NCBI GenBank assembly: GCA_902514645.1
Contig: CABXRO010000003.1
Span: 1,068 to 65,067, forward strand
Length of the DNA: 64,000 nucleotides
Direction of reading: 5' to 3'
DNA from: an uncultured SAR86 cluster bacterium
Lineage (GTDB): Bacteria; Pseudomonadota; Gammaproteobacteria; Magnimaribacterales; AG-339-G14
Shown here: one piece after another, positions 12,986-22,979 of the stretch
Position numbering within the stretch: the stretch's first letter is position 1
Layout: each line of letters opens with the position of its first letter
The notes under the pieces: model-generated
Told to the model about the DNA's origin: nothing
Seen by the model: only the letters and a program-made list of their open reading frames with translations
Databases searched by the model: none
Translations under genes and position numbers: made by a program

Positions 12986-14425
12986 ATGAGTGAATTAATT
13001 AACCTTTCTTTGACAGATCAAATACTTGGGCTTACTAATAAATCTTTTTCATCTAAAGAAATTACAGAAGCATATCTAAACGAAATTAAGAAAAAAAAAT
13101 CTTTAAATTGTTTTATTTCAATCTTTGAAGAAGAGGCTAAAAAAAAGGCGCTCTTGGCAGATGTCAATATCGCAAAAAATGATGCTAGGCCTCTGGAGGG
13201 GATTCCAATTGCTCACAAAGATATTTTTTGTATTAAAGATAAAAAAACAACTTGTGGCTCTAAAATGTTATCCGACTTCATTTCACCCTATTCTTCAGAA
13301 GTCTTCTCTAAATTAGATAATGCAGGAGCTATTACTATAGGAAAAACAAACATGGATGAGTTTGCGATGGGATCCTCAAACGAAACAAGCTTTTATGGAA
13401 ATGTTTTGAATCCCATCAATGAAAAACTTTCTCCAGGAGGCTCTTCGGGTGGATCGGCAGCAGCTGTTAGAGCTAATCTTTGTTCATTTGCAACTGCAAC
13501 TGATACTGGTGGCTCAATAAGGCAACCTGCCTCTTTCTGTGGAGTTACAGGTATAAAACCGACTTATGGAAGAGTTTCTAGATGGGGAATGATAGCTTTT
13601 GCGTCTAGCCTCGATCAAGCGGGAATAATTGCAAAAAATGCTAAGGATGCCGCAATAGCTCTCAAATATATGTCTGGATATGATCAAAAAGACTCAACGT
13701 CTTTGAATGAAGAAGTTAAAGATTTTCAAAAGGAAGTTGACGCAGATCAAGAGCATGTAATTGGAATTCCTAAAGAATTAATTGAAAATATAAAAAATGA
13801 TCAAGTACGAGATTCTTTCAGAAATGCAATTTCTATTCTTGAAAAAGATGGAGTAAAAATTGAAGAAATTAATTTACCTCATATTGAGTACTCTTTGCCG
13901 GCTTATTATGTAATAGCTCCTGCAGAGTGTTCAGCAAATTTAGCTAGATATGATGGAATTAGATTTGGTCATAGAAGCGAAAGCATATCTTCTTTAGAGG
14001 ATCTTTATGTAAATTCAAGAACAGAAGGATTTGGCAGAGAAGTTAAAAATAGAATTTTTATTGGAACATTTTGTCTTTCAGCAGGTTACTATGATGCCTT
14101 CTACAACAAGGCTTTGAAAATAAGAAACTTAATAAAGAGTGATTTTGATGAAGCTTTTAAAAAAGTTTCATCGATAGCAATGCCTACCTGTTCTGACTCA
14201 TCTTTTGAGCTTGGCTCAATAAGCGATCCTGTTGAAATGTATGAACAAGATATTTATACAATCCCTGCAAATTTGGCAGGTTTGCCGGCATTATCAGTTC
14301 CATCAGGTAAGGCTGACGATATGCCAATTGGCCTTCAACTAATTGGGAATTATCTTGATGAAGGAAGAATTTTGAACCTTGCTAACAAATTTCAAAAGTT
14401 ATCGGATTTCCATGAGTTTAAATAA
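12986..14425 (+). CDS. gatA: Asp/Glu-tRNA amidotransferase subunit A
   Basis: Amidase signature GKTNMDEFAMGSS, PGGSSGGSAAAV, DTGGSIRQPA. Confidence 0.98.
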   Translation: MSELINLSLTDQILGLTNKSFSSKEITEAYLNEIKKKKSLNCFISIFEEEAKKKALLADVNIAKNDARPLEGIPIAHKDIFCIKDKKTTCGSKMLSDFISPYSSEVFSKLDNAGAITIGKTNMDEFAMGSSNETSFYGNVLNPINEKLSPGGSSGGSAAAVRANLCSFATATDTGGSIRQPASFCGVTGIKPTYGRVSRWGMIAFASSLDQAGIIAKNAKDAAIALKYMSGYDQKDSTSLNEEVKDFQKEVDADQEHVIGIPKELIENIKNDQVRDSFRNAISILEKDGVKIEEINLPHIEYSLPAYYVIAPAECSANLARYDGIRFGHRSESISSLEDLYVNSRTEGFGREVKNRIFIGTFCLSAGYYDAFYNKALKIRNLIKSDFDEAFKKVSSIAMPTCSDSSFELGSISDPVEMYEQDIYTIPANLAGLPALSVPSGKADDMPIGLQLIGNYLDEGRILNLANKFQKLSDFHEFK

Positions 14426-15851
14426 TTGGCAGCCTGTCATTGGATTGGAAGTTCATGTTCAACTTGCTACCAAAACTAAACTTTTTTCCTCTTCGCCAAT
14501 AGCTTTTGGTGCTGAACCAAATACTCAAGCTAGTGAAATTGACTTAGGACTTCCAGGTGTATTGCCTGTATTAAATAAAGAAGCAATTTCTCATGCTTTA
14601 AAGTTTGGTTGTGCAATAAATGCAGAGATATCTGAAAAAGTAATTTTTGCAAGAAAGAATTACTTTTATCCCGACCTGCCTAAGGGTTACCAAATAAGTC
14701 AACTAGATGATCCTATTGTCGGCAAAGGAAGTGTTGAAATAAAACTTGGTGAAAAATCAAAAATTATTGGTGTTACTAGGGCTCATCTTGAAGAAGATGC
14801 GGGGAAATCAATCCATGACTTGTACAGCAATAACTCTGCAATAGATTTAAATAGAGCTGGAACTTGCTTATTAGAAATAGTCTCTGAGCCTGATCTTAGT
14901 TCTGCTGAGGAAGCAGTTGAGTATTTAAAAAAAATACACAGTATTGTTACCTTTTTGGGAATCTCAGATGGAGATATGTCACAAGGATCAATGAGATGCG
15001 ACGCCAACGTATCTGTTAAAAGGCCCGATGACCAAGAACTAGGTACAAGAACTGAATTAAAAAATATTAATTCTTTCAAATTTGTTGAAAAAGCAGTCAT
15101 TTTTGAAATAGATAGACAAATAAAAGAGCTTGAAAAGGGAGAAAAAATTATTCAAGAAACAAGATTGTATGATTCTAAAAAAAATCTTACGCGATCCATG
15201 CGTTCAAAAGAGGAAGCAAATGACTACCGCTATTTTCCAGAACCAGATTTAATTCCTATAAAAATCTCAAAGGATCAAATTAACGATGTGAGAAAAAATT
15301 TACCTGAATTGCCAGAAATTATGAAAGAAAGATTCATGAACTCTTACAAACTATCAGATGACAATGCTGAACTTGTAACAATAAATAAAGAAACTGCATC
15401 CTTTTTTGAAGAAGTATTGTCTTATAAAGTTTCTCCTAAAAATGCCGTAAATTGGATCACTGGAGACTTATTTGCCCTCCTCAATAAAAATGACGCAAAC
15501 ATTTCTGAATCTAAAGTAAATCCAAAGCATATTGCAGAGATAATTCAAAATATTGAAGACCAAAAAATTTCTGGCCCTTCAGCAAAAAAACTTCTTGAGA
15601 TTGTATGGAGTGAAGGAGGAGAAATACAAGAGCTCATTCAGAAAGAAAGTTTAGAACAAATTTCTAATGATGATGAAATAGAAAAAATCCTTGATGAGGT
15701 GATTTCTGAAAATCAAAAACAATTTGAGCAGCTAAAATCAGGCAAAGATAGACTGCAAGGCTTTTTCGTTGGTCAAGTTATGAAAAAAACTTCGGGAAGT
15801 GCAAGCCCACAAGTTGTAAATAAACTTTTAAAAGATAAATTATCTACGTAA
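14412..15851 (+). CDS. gatB: Asp/Glu-tRNA amidotransferase subunit B
   Basis: VIGLEVHVQL, RKNYFYPDLPKGYQISQ, HLEEDAGK, DYRYFPEPDL. True start is probably ATG 14412 (MSLNNW). Confidence 0.98.
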   Translation: MSLNNWQPVIGLEVHVQLATKTKLFSSSPIAFGAEPNTQASEIDLGLPGVLPVLNKEAISHALKFGCAINAEISEKVIFARKNYFYPDLPKGYQISQLDDPIVGKGSVEIKLGEKSKIIGVTRAHLEEDAGKSIHDLYSNNSAIDLNRAGTCLLEIVSEPDLSSAEEAVEYLKKIHSIVTFLGISDGDMSQGSMRCDANVSVKRPDDQELGTRTELKNINSFKFVEKAVIFEIDRQIKELEKGEKIIQETRLYDSKKNLTRSMRSKEEANDYRYFPEPDLIPIKISKDQINDVRKNLPELPEIMKERFMNSYKLSDDNAELVTINKETASFFEEVLSYKVSPKNAVNWITGDLFALLNKNDANISESKVNPKHIAEIIQNIEDQKISGPSAKKLLEIVWSEGGEIQELIQKESLEQISNDDEIEKILDEVISENQKQFEQLKSGKDRLQGFFVGQVMKKTSGSASPQVVNKLLKDKLST

Positions 15852-16296
15852 TAAACATAGATAAGGACTCGGCTACATAAGCAGGTTTTTCTTGACCTTC
15901 TATCTCCATTACAACTTCGTATTTTAAAAGATATCTTCCGTCACCTTTATCATCAACAGATAAAAGCGTTGATTTAGTCCTTACTTTTGAACCCACATTA
16001 ACAGGAGTTAAAAATCGAACTTTATCAAGTCCATAATTAAAAACCATGGTCATACCCTCAGGAGCAACTTGAGGAGCTGGCAACCCAGCCATCAACGAAA
16101 GGGATAAAAATCCATGAGCTATTGTTGAGCCAAAAAGTGGTGTAGCTTTTTCTGAATCGATATGAATGAATTGATGGTCATTCGTTGCATCAGCAAATTG
16201 ATTTATTCTATCTTGATCAACTTTTAACCAATCTGAAGCTCCCATACTTTTACCAATGTAATCTTTTAAAGTATCTGCAGGTACTAATCCAGCCAT
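15844..16296 (-). CDS. MaoC-family (R)-specific enoyl-CoA hydratase
   Basis: Hydratase motif FADATNDHQFIH, plus TIAHGFLSLS and NYGLDKVRF..PV. Confidence 0.9.
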   Translation of the reverse strand: MAGLVPADTLKDYIGKSMGASDWLKVDQDRINQFADATNDHQFIHIDSEKATPLFGSTIAHGFLSLSLMAGLPAPQVAPEGMTMVFNYGLDKVRFLTPVNVGSKVRTKSTLLSVDDKGDGRYLLKYEVVMEIEGQEKPAYVAESLSMFIT

Positions 16297-16314
16297 TGTT
16301 TTCTCCTTATTTTT

Positions 16315-17931
16315 TTATTTCATTAAATGATTTTTGTAGTCTTCTCGCAAACCTGTCTTGAGAAGTTTCCCTGTTGCTCCATGAGGAAGTTCATCTAGAA
16401 AGATAACGTCATCAGGAAGCCACCATTTGGCTACTTTATCAGAAAGGTAATCCAATACTGAATCTTTATCACATTCATCTAAGCCATTTTTAACAATAAA
16501 CAATAAAGGCCTTTCATCCCATTTGGCATGAGCAACTCCAACAACACATGCCTCTGCTACTCCCGGATGTCCAACTGCCGTATTTTCTAGATCAATAGAA
16601 CTAATCCACTCTCCTCCGGATTTAATAACATCTTTGCTTCTATCAACTATTCTCATATAGCCATGAGTATCTATCGTTGCAACGTCTCCTGTATCAAACC
16701 ATCCATCTTCCAGAGCAGTCTCATTAGACTTAAAGTAACGTTCAATAATTGCAGGTCCTTTAACCATAAGTCTCCCAAACGTTTTTCCATCATTAGGTAG
16801 AACCTTGCCTTCATCATTTATTATTTTCATTGAACAACCGTAAACTGCTCTACCTTGACTTGTTTGAATTTCATATCTTTCTTCAAGATCCATACCGTCC
16901 ATCTCTGGAGTGTAGGAATTGAGTGTCCCAAGTGGACTCATTTCTGTCATACCCCAACCATGAAGTAAAAAACAATCATGTTTCTCTTGAAAGGCTTTTA
17001 TCATGGCTTTTGGAGCAGCAGAACCACCAACCAACACACTTTTTACAGACTCGAGTTTGATATTGTTCTTCTCAGTGTAATTCAGCAAGTCAAGCCATAC
17101 CGTAGGAACTCCCATAAGCTGATTTACTTTTTCAGAAGTAATTAAATTACAAATTGATTCACCATCAGTGAAGGGACCTGGAAAAACCATTTTGGCACCA
17201 TACATAAATGATGCATATGGAATTCCCCACGCATTAACATGAAACATAGGCACTACAGGAAGCAACACGGTTTCAGAAGTTAAATTCATTGCATTCCCAG
17301 CAGTAGCATACCAAGCATGCAAAACTGTAGATCTATGAGAATAAAGAACTCCCTTAGGATTTCCAGTTGTGCCAGATGTATAACATAATGATGAAGCTGT
17401 ATTCTCATCAAATTCAGGCCAACATATTTCTTCAGATTCATCAGCAATAAGATCCTCATAACAAATGAGATTTTTAATTGATGAAGATGGCATGTGCTCT
17501 TTATCAGTAAGTACCACAATTCCTTTAACTGTTTTTAGGTCAGAAATGACATTTTCTATGATTGGTAAGAAAGGCACATCGACGAAGATATATTTATCTT
17601 CGGCATGATTAACTATGTATTTAATGTCATCTGGAAACAATCTTGGATTAAGGGTGTGAAGAACAGCTCCCAATCCAGAAATGCCAAAATAAAGTTCTAA
17701 ATGGCGATAACTGTTTACGGCCATCGTGGCAATTATATCCCCCTCTTTGATATTTAAATTAAGCAAAGCATTGGCCAATTTCTTGGATCTTTTTGCAGAG
17801 TCTTTAATGGTATATCTATGTATGCCTCCTTCTACAGTGTTGCTTACTATTTCTGTATTGGCGTTATTTTTTATAGCATGTTCTAAAACTCCTGAAATTA
17901 GAAGTTGTTCATTCATCATATTCCCTAACAT
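16315..17931 (-). CDS. Acyl-CoA ligase (AlkK/DmdB-like medium-chain or 3-methylmercaptopropionate-CoA ligase family)
   Basis: [53 protein letters not shown]. Confidence 0.9.
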   Translation of the reverse strand: MLGNMMNEQLLISGVLEHAIKNNANTEIVSNTVEGGIHRYTIKDSAKRSKKLANALLNLNIKEGDIIATMAVNSYRHLELYFGISGLGAVLHTLNPRLFPDDIKYIVNHAEDKYIFVDVPFLPIIENVISDLKTVKGIVVLTDKEHMPSSSIKNLICYEDLIADESEEICWPEFDENTASSLCYTSGTTGNPKGVLYSHRSTVLHAWYATAGNAMNLTSETVLLPVVPMFHVNAWGIPYASFMYGAKMVFPGPFTDGESICNLITSEKVNQLMGVPTVWLDLLNYTEKNNIKLESVKSVLVGGSAAPKAMIKAFQEKHDCFLLHGWGMTEMSPLGTLNSYTPEMDGMDLEERYEIQTSQGRAVYGCSMKIINDEGKVLPNDGKTFGRLMVKGPAIIERYFKSNETALEDGWFDTGDVATIDTHGYMRIVDRSKDVIKSGGEWISSIDLENTAVGHPGVAEACVVGVAHAKWDERPLLFIVKNGLDECDKDSVLDYLSDKVAKWWLPDDVIFLDELPHGATGKLLKTGLREDYKNHLMK

Positions 17932-17935
17932 AATC

Positions 17936-18991
17936 TCACCTTTTTTTTGTTAAACCCTTTACGAATAAAGGAGAATATCTTCGCTCAAGAAATCCATCAA
18001 CCTCTTTTTTTGATTCTAAATGAAAAAGTTTTATATCGTTTAAAGAAGACATTAAAAATGGTTTCCATTCCAATAAAATTTCATCAAGAGGATTTTCAAA
18101 AATAAATCGAATTGATTTTTTACTAATATTTAAAGCGCGCTGTAATTCCTTTTCGTTTAACGCCTTAAAAGGATCAGAGAAGATTGGTTTTAATTCTTTT
18201 GGTAAATATGGAACTTTCTGCTTTGGATTAAATAAATAATTTAATAAAAATTTGTCTGTTTCTTTTAAACCAGTTCCATTGAGAAAGTGTCCAACTATTG
18301 ATTTGTTTAAAGATCTTCCTTTTAAGGGACCTAGAAACAATCTACTTGGGCAATAATCATTTGCATAAAAATTATCCCAAATGGCTATAGGATTTTTAAA
18401 AAAATCTTGAATAGACTTTAGAGATAAATTGTCAATCCTTTCACTGATAACATTATCACCTGTCCAAAAAATAACTACGCGCTTATTTAAATTTTCTTTT
18501 AGCCCTCCTAGATATCCTTCATCAAATATCCCCTTCGATAAAGATAAATTATAAATTGACGGACAAAACCACATATTTTTTTGTTTTGGAAAGTGCATAG
18601 AAACTTCATTTAAAACTTCTGCATGTTTTTTTCCCAAATCTTTGTCAGCTGCTTCCTGACCAAAATTAGTTATATCTATGTCATCGAAGAAAATTGCTAT
18701 TTCATCAAAGCCTGCTTTCTCAAGAGCATGAGAAAATTTTCTTTTCAAAAGTTTTAAGTTCTTTTCAATGTCTCCAAAAAATTCTGAAGAAGGAGAAACG
18801 CAATAAACTTGTTTGATTTTTTTTGGAAGAATTCTTCTCTTAAGATTTTTATCAAGTTTCTTCCATCGATGACGCAAATAAATATCTTCTTTTGGTCCAT
18901 AAAAGTAATGAGAAATGGGTGTTTTTAAATCTTTAAAGGCATCAATTGCTAGCCTTCGAGAGTAATAACCTTCTATATAGCCTTTAAACAT
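17936..18991 (-). CDS. GH84 beta-N-acetylglucosaminidase (O-GlcNAcase-like), no signal peptide
   Basis: GYIEGYY, YGPKED, FFDDI (catalytic Asp-Asp), FCPSIY, FWTG and IWDNFYANDY..RLFLGPLKGR. Confidence 0.88.
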   Translation of the reverse strand: MFKGYIEGYYSRRLAIDAFKDLKTPISHYFYGPKEDIYLRHRWKKLDKNLKRRILPKKIKQVYCVSPSSEFFGDIEKNLKLLKRKFSHALEKAGFDEIAIFFDDIDITNFGQEAADKDLGKKHAEVLNEVSMHFPKQKNMWFCPSIYNLSLSKGIFDEGYLGGLKENLNKRVVIFWTGDNVISERIDNLSLKSIQDFFKNPIAIWDNFYANDYCPSRLFLGPLKGRSLNKSIVGHFLNGTGLKETDKFLLNYLFNPKQKVPYLPKELKPIFSDPFKALNEKELQRALNISKKSIRFIFENPLDEILLEWKPFLMSSLNDIKLFHLESKKEVDGFLERRYSPLFVKGLTKKR

Positions 18992-18994
18992 GAT

Positions 18995-19732
18995 TTAGAT
19001 TCTACAGATCCTACATTCTGGGTTTTTATGAATATCAACTCTTTTAAAAATTCCTTTCAACGAATCAAAAATCATAAAATAAGATTCAAAATTTTTTTCT
19101 ATAGTCGCTTTTATCACCTCAATTGCCATTAAAGAGCCTATGACTCCAACTAACGGAGAAGCAATCGCAGACTCTCTGCATGACAAATCTTCATTCTCGA
19201 GATCTTCAAATAAACACTCATAACAGGAATTCATAACATCTCTTAAATCAAAGCAGCCCAATTGTCCTTTCCAAGCAATAGAGGATCCAGAAATAAGAAT
19301 TTTGTTATGTTTTACGCAATATCTATTTACAATTTTTCTTGTTTCAAAATTGTCAGAGCAATCAAGAATTATTTCTGAATCCTTCAGAAGATGTTTGATG
19401 TTTGCTGAATCAACTTTTTCCTCTAATCCTGTTAGCTCAACAAAAGGATTTAATTGAGATAATTTTTTTACTGATGTAGTGGCTTTATTTTTTGATAAGT
19501 CATTTTCATCAAAAAGAATTTGCCTTTGTAAGTTTGAAGCTTCTACAAAGTCAAAGTCTATTATTTTGATTTTACCAAATCCAGATAAAGCTAAATAAAG
19601 AGAGGCAGAGCATCCCAAGCCGCCCATGCCTATAAATGCCAACGACATATCATTAATTCTTTTCTGCCCTTCAATGTCTATTTCAGGCAACATAATATGT
19701 CTGCTATATCTTAATAATTCTTCTTTTAACAT
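18995..19732 (-). CDS. moeB: MoeB/ThiF-family adenylyltransferase
   Basis: RYSRHIML, GMGGLG, SNLQRQ, DCSDNF, CYECL and CRIC Zn motifs; follows prmC. Confidence 0.88.
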   Translation of the reverse strand: MLKEELLRYSRHIMLPEIDIEGQKRINDMSLAFIGMGGLGCSASLYLALSGFGKIKIIDFDFVEASNLQRQILFDENDLSKNKATTSVKKLSQLNPFVELTGLEEKVDSANIKHLLKDSEIILDCSDNFETRKIVNRYCVKHNKILISGSSIAWKGQLGCFDLRDVMNSCYECLFEDLENEDLSCRESAIASPLVGVIGSLMAIEVIKATIEKNFESYFMIFDSLKGIFKRVDIHKNPECRICRI

Positions 19733-20535
19733 TGATAAATCGAAACTCTTTTATCCCCATTTAAATCATTTAAATTTGAAAAATTAAGATACCCATTTTC
19801 CACGGCAAATTTATTTAATTCTTCGTATTGATCAGGAGCATGTTCTAAATAAACTTTACCATTTTCATTTAAAAAATTTTTTCCTTTAGATAAAATTAAT
19901 TTTAAATCAGATAGGCCTTTATCTTTTGAAAATAAGGCCTTTTCTGGTTCATGCCATATCCCTTCTTCTTTTCCAGTAGTTGTCTCTTTATCTACATAAG
20001 GAGGATTAGAAATTAAATAATCTACTTGAGGAAAAAGCCATTCATTATTCCAGTCATGATTTAAAAAAATTATGTTTTCACAGCAAAACTTCGCTGCATT
20101 TTGTTTTGCTACCAAGATACTTTTAATAGAAATATCTGTTGCAAAGATAAAACAATCTTTATTTTCTTGAGCGATGGATATAGAAATCGCTCCAGACCCT
20201 GTTCCAAGCTCAAGAAGAGTTTTGCCTTGTAGATTTTCATTGAGAATTGCATTTACCAATGTTTCAGTTTCTGGACGCGGAACAAGGACATCTGGAGTGA
20301 CAATAAAACTATTTTTCCAAAACCCTTTCTTTCCGATTAAATAGGCTAGAGGTTTACCTTTTAATCTCTCTTCGACCATTAGGTCAATGGAGCTAAGATC
20401 TTTTTTATTAATTTCTTTTTTAATATCTGAATAAATTTTTGCTTTATCAATTTTGAGAACGTGTTGAATAATAATTTCAGCATCAGGACTATCAATTTTG
20501 TTTTTAATTTCTATTAACTTATCCTTAACAAGCAT
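19726..20535 (-). CDS. prmC: Release factor glutamine methyltransferase
   Basis: PLAYLIG, VLVPRPETE, ELGTGSGAI, SNPPY. Confidence 0.95.
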   Translation of the reverse strand: MLVKDKLIEIKNKIDSPDAEIIIQHVLKIDKAKIYSDIKKEINKKDLSSIDLMVEERLKGKPLAYLIGKKGFWKNSFIVTPDVLVPRPETETLVNAILNENLQGKTLLELGTGSGAISISIAQENKDCFIFATDISIKSILVAKQNAAKFCCENIIFLNHDWNNEWLFPQVDYLISNPPYVDKETTTGKEEGIWHEPEKALFSKDKGLSDLKLILSKGKNFLNENGKVYLEHAPDQYEELNKFAVENGYLNFSNLNDLNGDKRVSIYQC

Positions 20536-21626
20536 CAGGTAGGTTCATTTTCTAAGTTAATAAGTTTTTTTGCTTCATTCTCTTCTGTAAGAGCCGATAG
20601 CATAATTTCCATGTCGCCATCTAAGAATTCTTCTAAATTATGTACAGAAAATTCAATTCTGTGATCAGTAACTCTGCTTTGAGGAAAATTATAAGTTCTA
20701 ATTTTTTCTGACCTATCACCACTTCCAACCATGATCTTTCTTTGAGAGTCTAATTCTTTAGCTTGTTCTTCTAGGGCTGCCTCATTCAATTTACTTTGAA
20801 GTAAAGACATAGCTTTTTCTTTGTTCTTATGTTGCGATCTTCCGTCCTGACACTCAACAACGATGCCAGATGGAATATGTGTCAGTCTGACTGCGGAATC
20901 AGTTTTATTAACGTGCTGTCCTCCTGCGCCAGATGCTCGAAAAGTATCAACTCTAATTTCTGACTTATCAATGTTTATGTTTTCTTGTTCATCTGCCTCT
21001 GGCAGGACGGCTACCGAACATGCTGAGGTATGAATTCTTCCCTGTGATTCGGTTTCTGGAACTCTTTGAACCCTGTGTATTCCTGATTCATATTTGAGAA
21101 AACCATAAGCACCTCTTCCAGTAATTTTAGATACTATTTCTTTGAAACCTCCTTTTTCACTTTCTCTAGAGCTAATGATTTCTATTTGCCATTTGCGTCT
21201 TTCTGAGAGCCTGGAAAACATCCTAAACAAATCGCCAGTAAATAGTCCAGCTTCATCGCCTCCAGTACCAGCGCGAATTTCTATAAATGCATTTTTTTCG
21301 TCATTTGGATCTTTTGGTAACAGCATTTTTTTTAAATTTTCTTCTAACGAATCTTTTTTATTTTTGAGACTTTCTAGTTCTTCTTGAGCTAAGGCTCTAA
21401 TTTCACTATCCGAATCGTTCAGAAGTTGATTTGATTCATCAATATTTTCCTCAATAGATTTAAATTCGCTAAAGCTATCAACAATAGGTTTTAGGTTTGA
21501 ATATTCTTTTGAAATAGACGTAAACTTGGTTTGATTTTCTATTATTTCTGGCTTTGATAACTCAGATTCCATTTGAGAAAATTTAATTTGAATTTCTTCT
21601 AGTTTCTTTTTTACCGACTCCAACAT
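20535..21626 (-). CDS. prfA: Peptide chain release factor 1
   Basis: EIRAGTGGDEA, PxT motif VPETESQG, GAGGQHVN. True start is ATG 21626 (MLESV); the longer ORF overlaps lolB. Confidence 0.98.
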   Translation of the reverse strand: MLESVKKKLEEIQIKFSQMESELSKPEIIENQTKFTSISKEYSNLKPIVDSFSEFKSIEENIDESNQLLNDSDSEIRALAQEELESLKNKKDSLEENLKKMLLPKDPNDEKNAFIEIRAGTGGDEAGLFTGDLFRMFSRLSERRKWQIEIISSRESEKGGFKEIVSKITGRGAYGFLKYESGIHRVQRVPETESQGRIHTSACSVAVLPEADEQENINIDKSEIRVDTFRASGAGGQHVNKTDSAVRLTHIPSGIVVECQDGRSQHKNKEKAMSLLQSKLNEAALEEQAKELDSQRKIMVGSGDRSEKIRTYNFPQSRVTDHRIEFSVHNLEEFLDGDMEIMLSALTEENEAKKLINLENEPT

Positions 21627-21658
21627 AAAAACTATTATAGTATCTAGTCTGCTTTCAT

Positions 21659-22099
21659 ATGAAAAAATCGTTTTTAGCTTTGTATCTTTTTTTAGTTTTT
21701 TTTCTTTTTTCTTGTGCCGCAATCGAAATCAAAGAGGACGTATTTTCAAAAAAAGGTAAGTTTTCTCTTGCTTCTAATTCTGAATATTTCGCAGGAACCA
21801 TAAATGTGAGTAGCGTTGAGAAGAGAATTCAATTTAATTTAGATAGTTTGAGTAAAGAATTTAAAGTTTCGTTTAAAGATGAAGAAATCAAAACTAACTT
21901 TAAATACGAAAACATCATAAAAGAATCTGACTTTAAATTATTTCTTAAATGGTTCTTTTTCAAATGTACAAATATCGAATGTCAAAATTTTACCTTGCAA
22001 AATCTTAAACTAAAAAAGCATTTATCAAATAAATCAGGTCTAATTATTCAAGGAAATTTTCAAAATTTTAGATTGTCACTGAAACTCAATGATATTTAG
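21659..22099 (+). CDS. Lipoprotein, probable highly diverged LolB
   Basis: Lipobox LFSC; KGKFSL resembles the LolB first strand; immediately upstream of ispE, the canonical lolB position. Confidence 0.55.
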   Translation: MKKSFLALYLFLVFFLFSCAAIEIKEDVFSKKGKFSLASNSEYFAGTINVSSVEKRIQFNLDSLSKEFKVSFKDEEIKTNFKYENIIKESDFKLFLKWFFFKCTNIECQNFTLQNLKLKKHLSNKSGLIIQGNFQNFRLSLKLNDI

Positions 22100-22904
22100 T
22101 TCTCCAGCAAAAATTAATTTATCTTTGAAAATAATTAGAAAGAGATCTGATGGCTTCCATGATATAGATTCAGATTTTCAATTTTTAAATTGGGGAGACA
22201 AAATCGAAATTTCTTCTTCAAATAAACTATCAGTTTCAACAACAAAAATTCAGGTATCTCAACAAGAAAACTTAGTTACTCAAGCTTTGAAAAAAATTGA
22301 GTCCTTTTGTGATGCCGAACTTAATTATTCTGTAATAATTGAAAAAAACATTCCTCTTGGCTCTGGACTTGGAGGAGGTAGTTCCAATGCGGCAACTGCA
22401 ATGCTAGCAGTTAATAGTCTCGCAAAACTCAATTTATCCTTGGACGTTTTAGTAGATCTGGGTAAATCTATAGGATCGGATATACCATTTTTTTTAAAAG
22501 GTCTATCTGGAAAAGTCTCTGGAATAGGAGAGATAATTGAGCCTGAAGAATTTCCTGAAAATCTAGTAATGATTCTATTTCCTGAATGTTCAATATCCAC
22601 AAAAGATGCCTATAACGCTGTAACATTAGAGGAAATTTCAAATAAAAGAGATAGGTTAAAGGGAAACTTTTTTGAGGAGTGGGTTTTATTTAATTATCCT
22701 CAGGTCAGAGAAGCTTTTGACTTTATAAGCGAAAATAAAGAAGTAAGCATCTCTGGAACAGGAAGTAGTATTTTTACAAAAATTAATTCTTTTGAAGAGG
22801 GAAAGGAAATAATGGATAATGCACCTAGAAAATTAGCATATGTTATTACTAATACTATTAACAAATCGCCTTTATTAAATGAACTGCTTAATTCTGGGGT
22901 GTAG
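22089..22904 (+). CDS. ispE: 4-diphosphocytidyl-2-C-methyl-D-erythritol kinase
   Basis: SPAKINLSL, DGFH, KNIPLGSGLGGGSSNAA, GSDIPFF, SGTGSS. Confidence 0.96.
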   Translation: MIFSSPAKINLSLKIIRKRSDGFHDIDSDFQFLNWGDKIEISSSNKLSVSTTKIQVSQQENLVTQALKKIESFCDAELNYSVIIEKNIPLGSGLGGGSSNAATAMLAVNSLAKLNLSLDVLVDLGKSIGSDIPFFLKGLSGKVSGIGEIIEPEEFPENLVMILFPECSISTKDAYNAVTLEEISNKRDRLKGNFFEEWVLFNYPQVREAFDFISENKEVSISGTGSSIFTKINSFEEGKEIMDNAPRKLAYVITNTINKSPLLNELLNSGV

Positions 22905-22969
22905 CCAAGCGGTAAGGCAGCGGCTTTTGATGCCGCCATGCGATGGTTCGAATCCATCCACCCCAGCCA
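22895..22969 (+). tRNA. tRNA-Gln(TTG)
   Basis: TGGGGTG/CACCCCA acceptor stem, anticodon arm GCGGC-TTTTGAT-GCCGC, GGTTCGAATCC T-arm, encoded CCA. Confidence 0.97.
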
Positions 22970-22979
22970 AAAAATAAAA

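Noticed and set aside
21627-21722. Lys-rich N-terminal extension on RF1
   Set aside because: Artefact of an upstream alternative start, antisense to the lolB-like signal peptide; the real start is 21626.
22938-22979. N-terminal extension of Prs
   Set aside because: It is translated tRNA-Gln sequence; ATG 22980 fits the family N-terminus.
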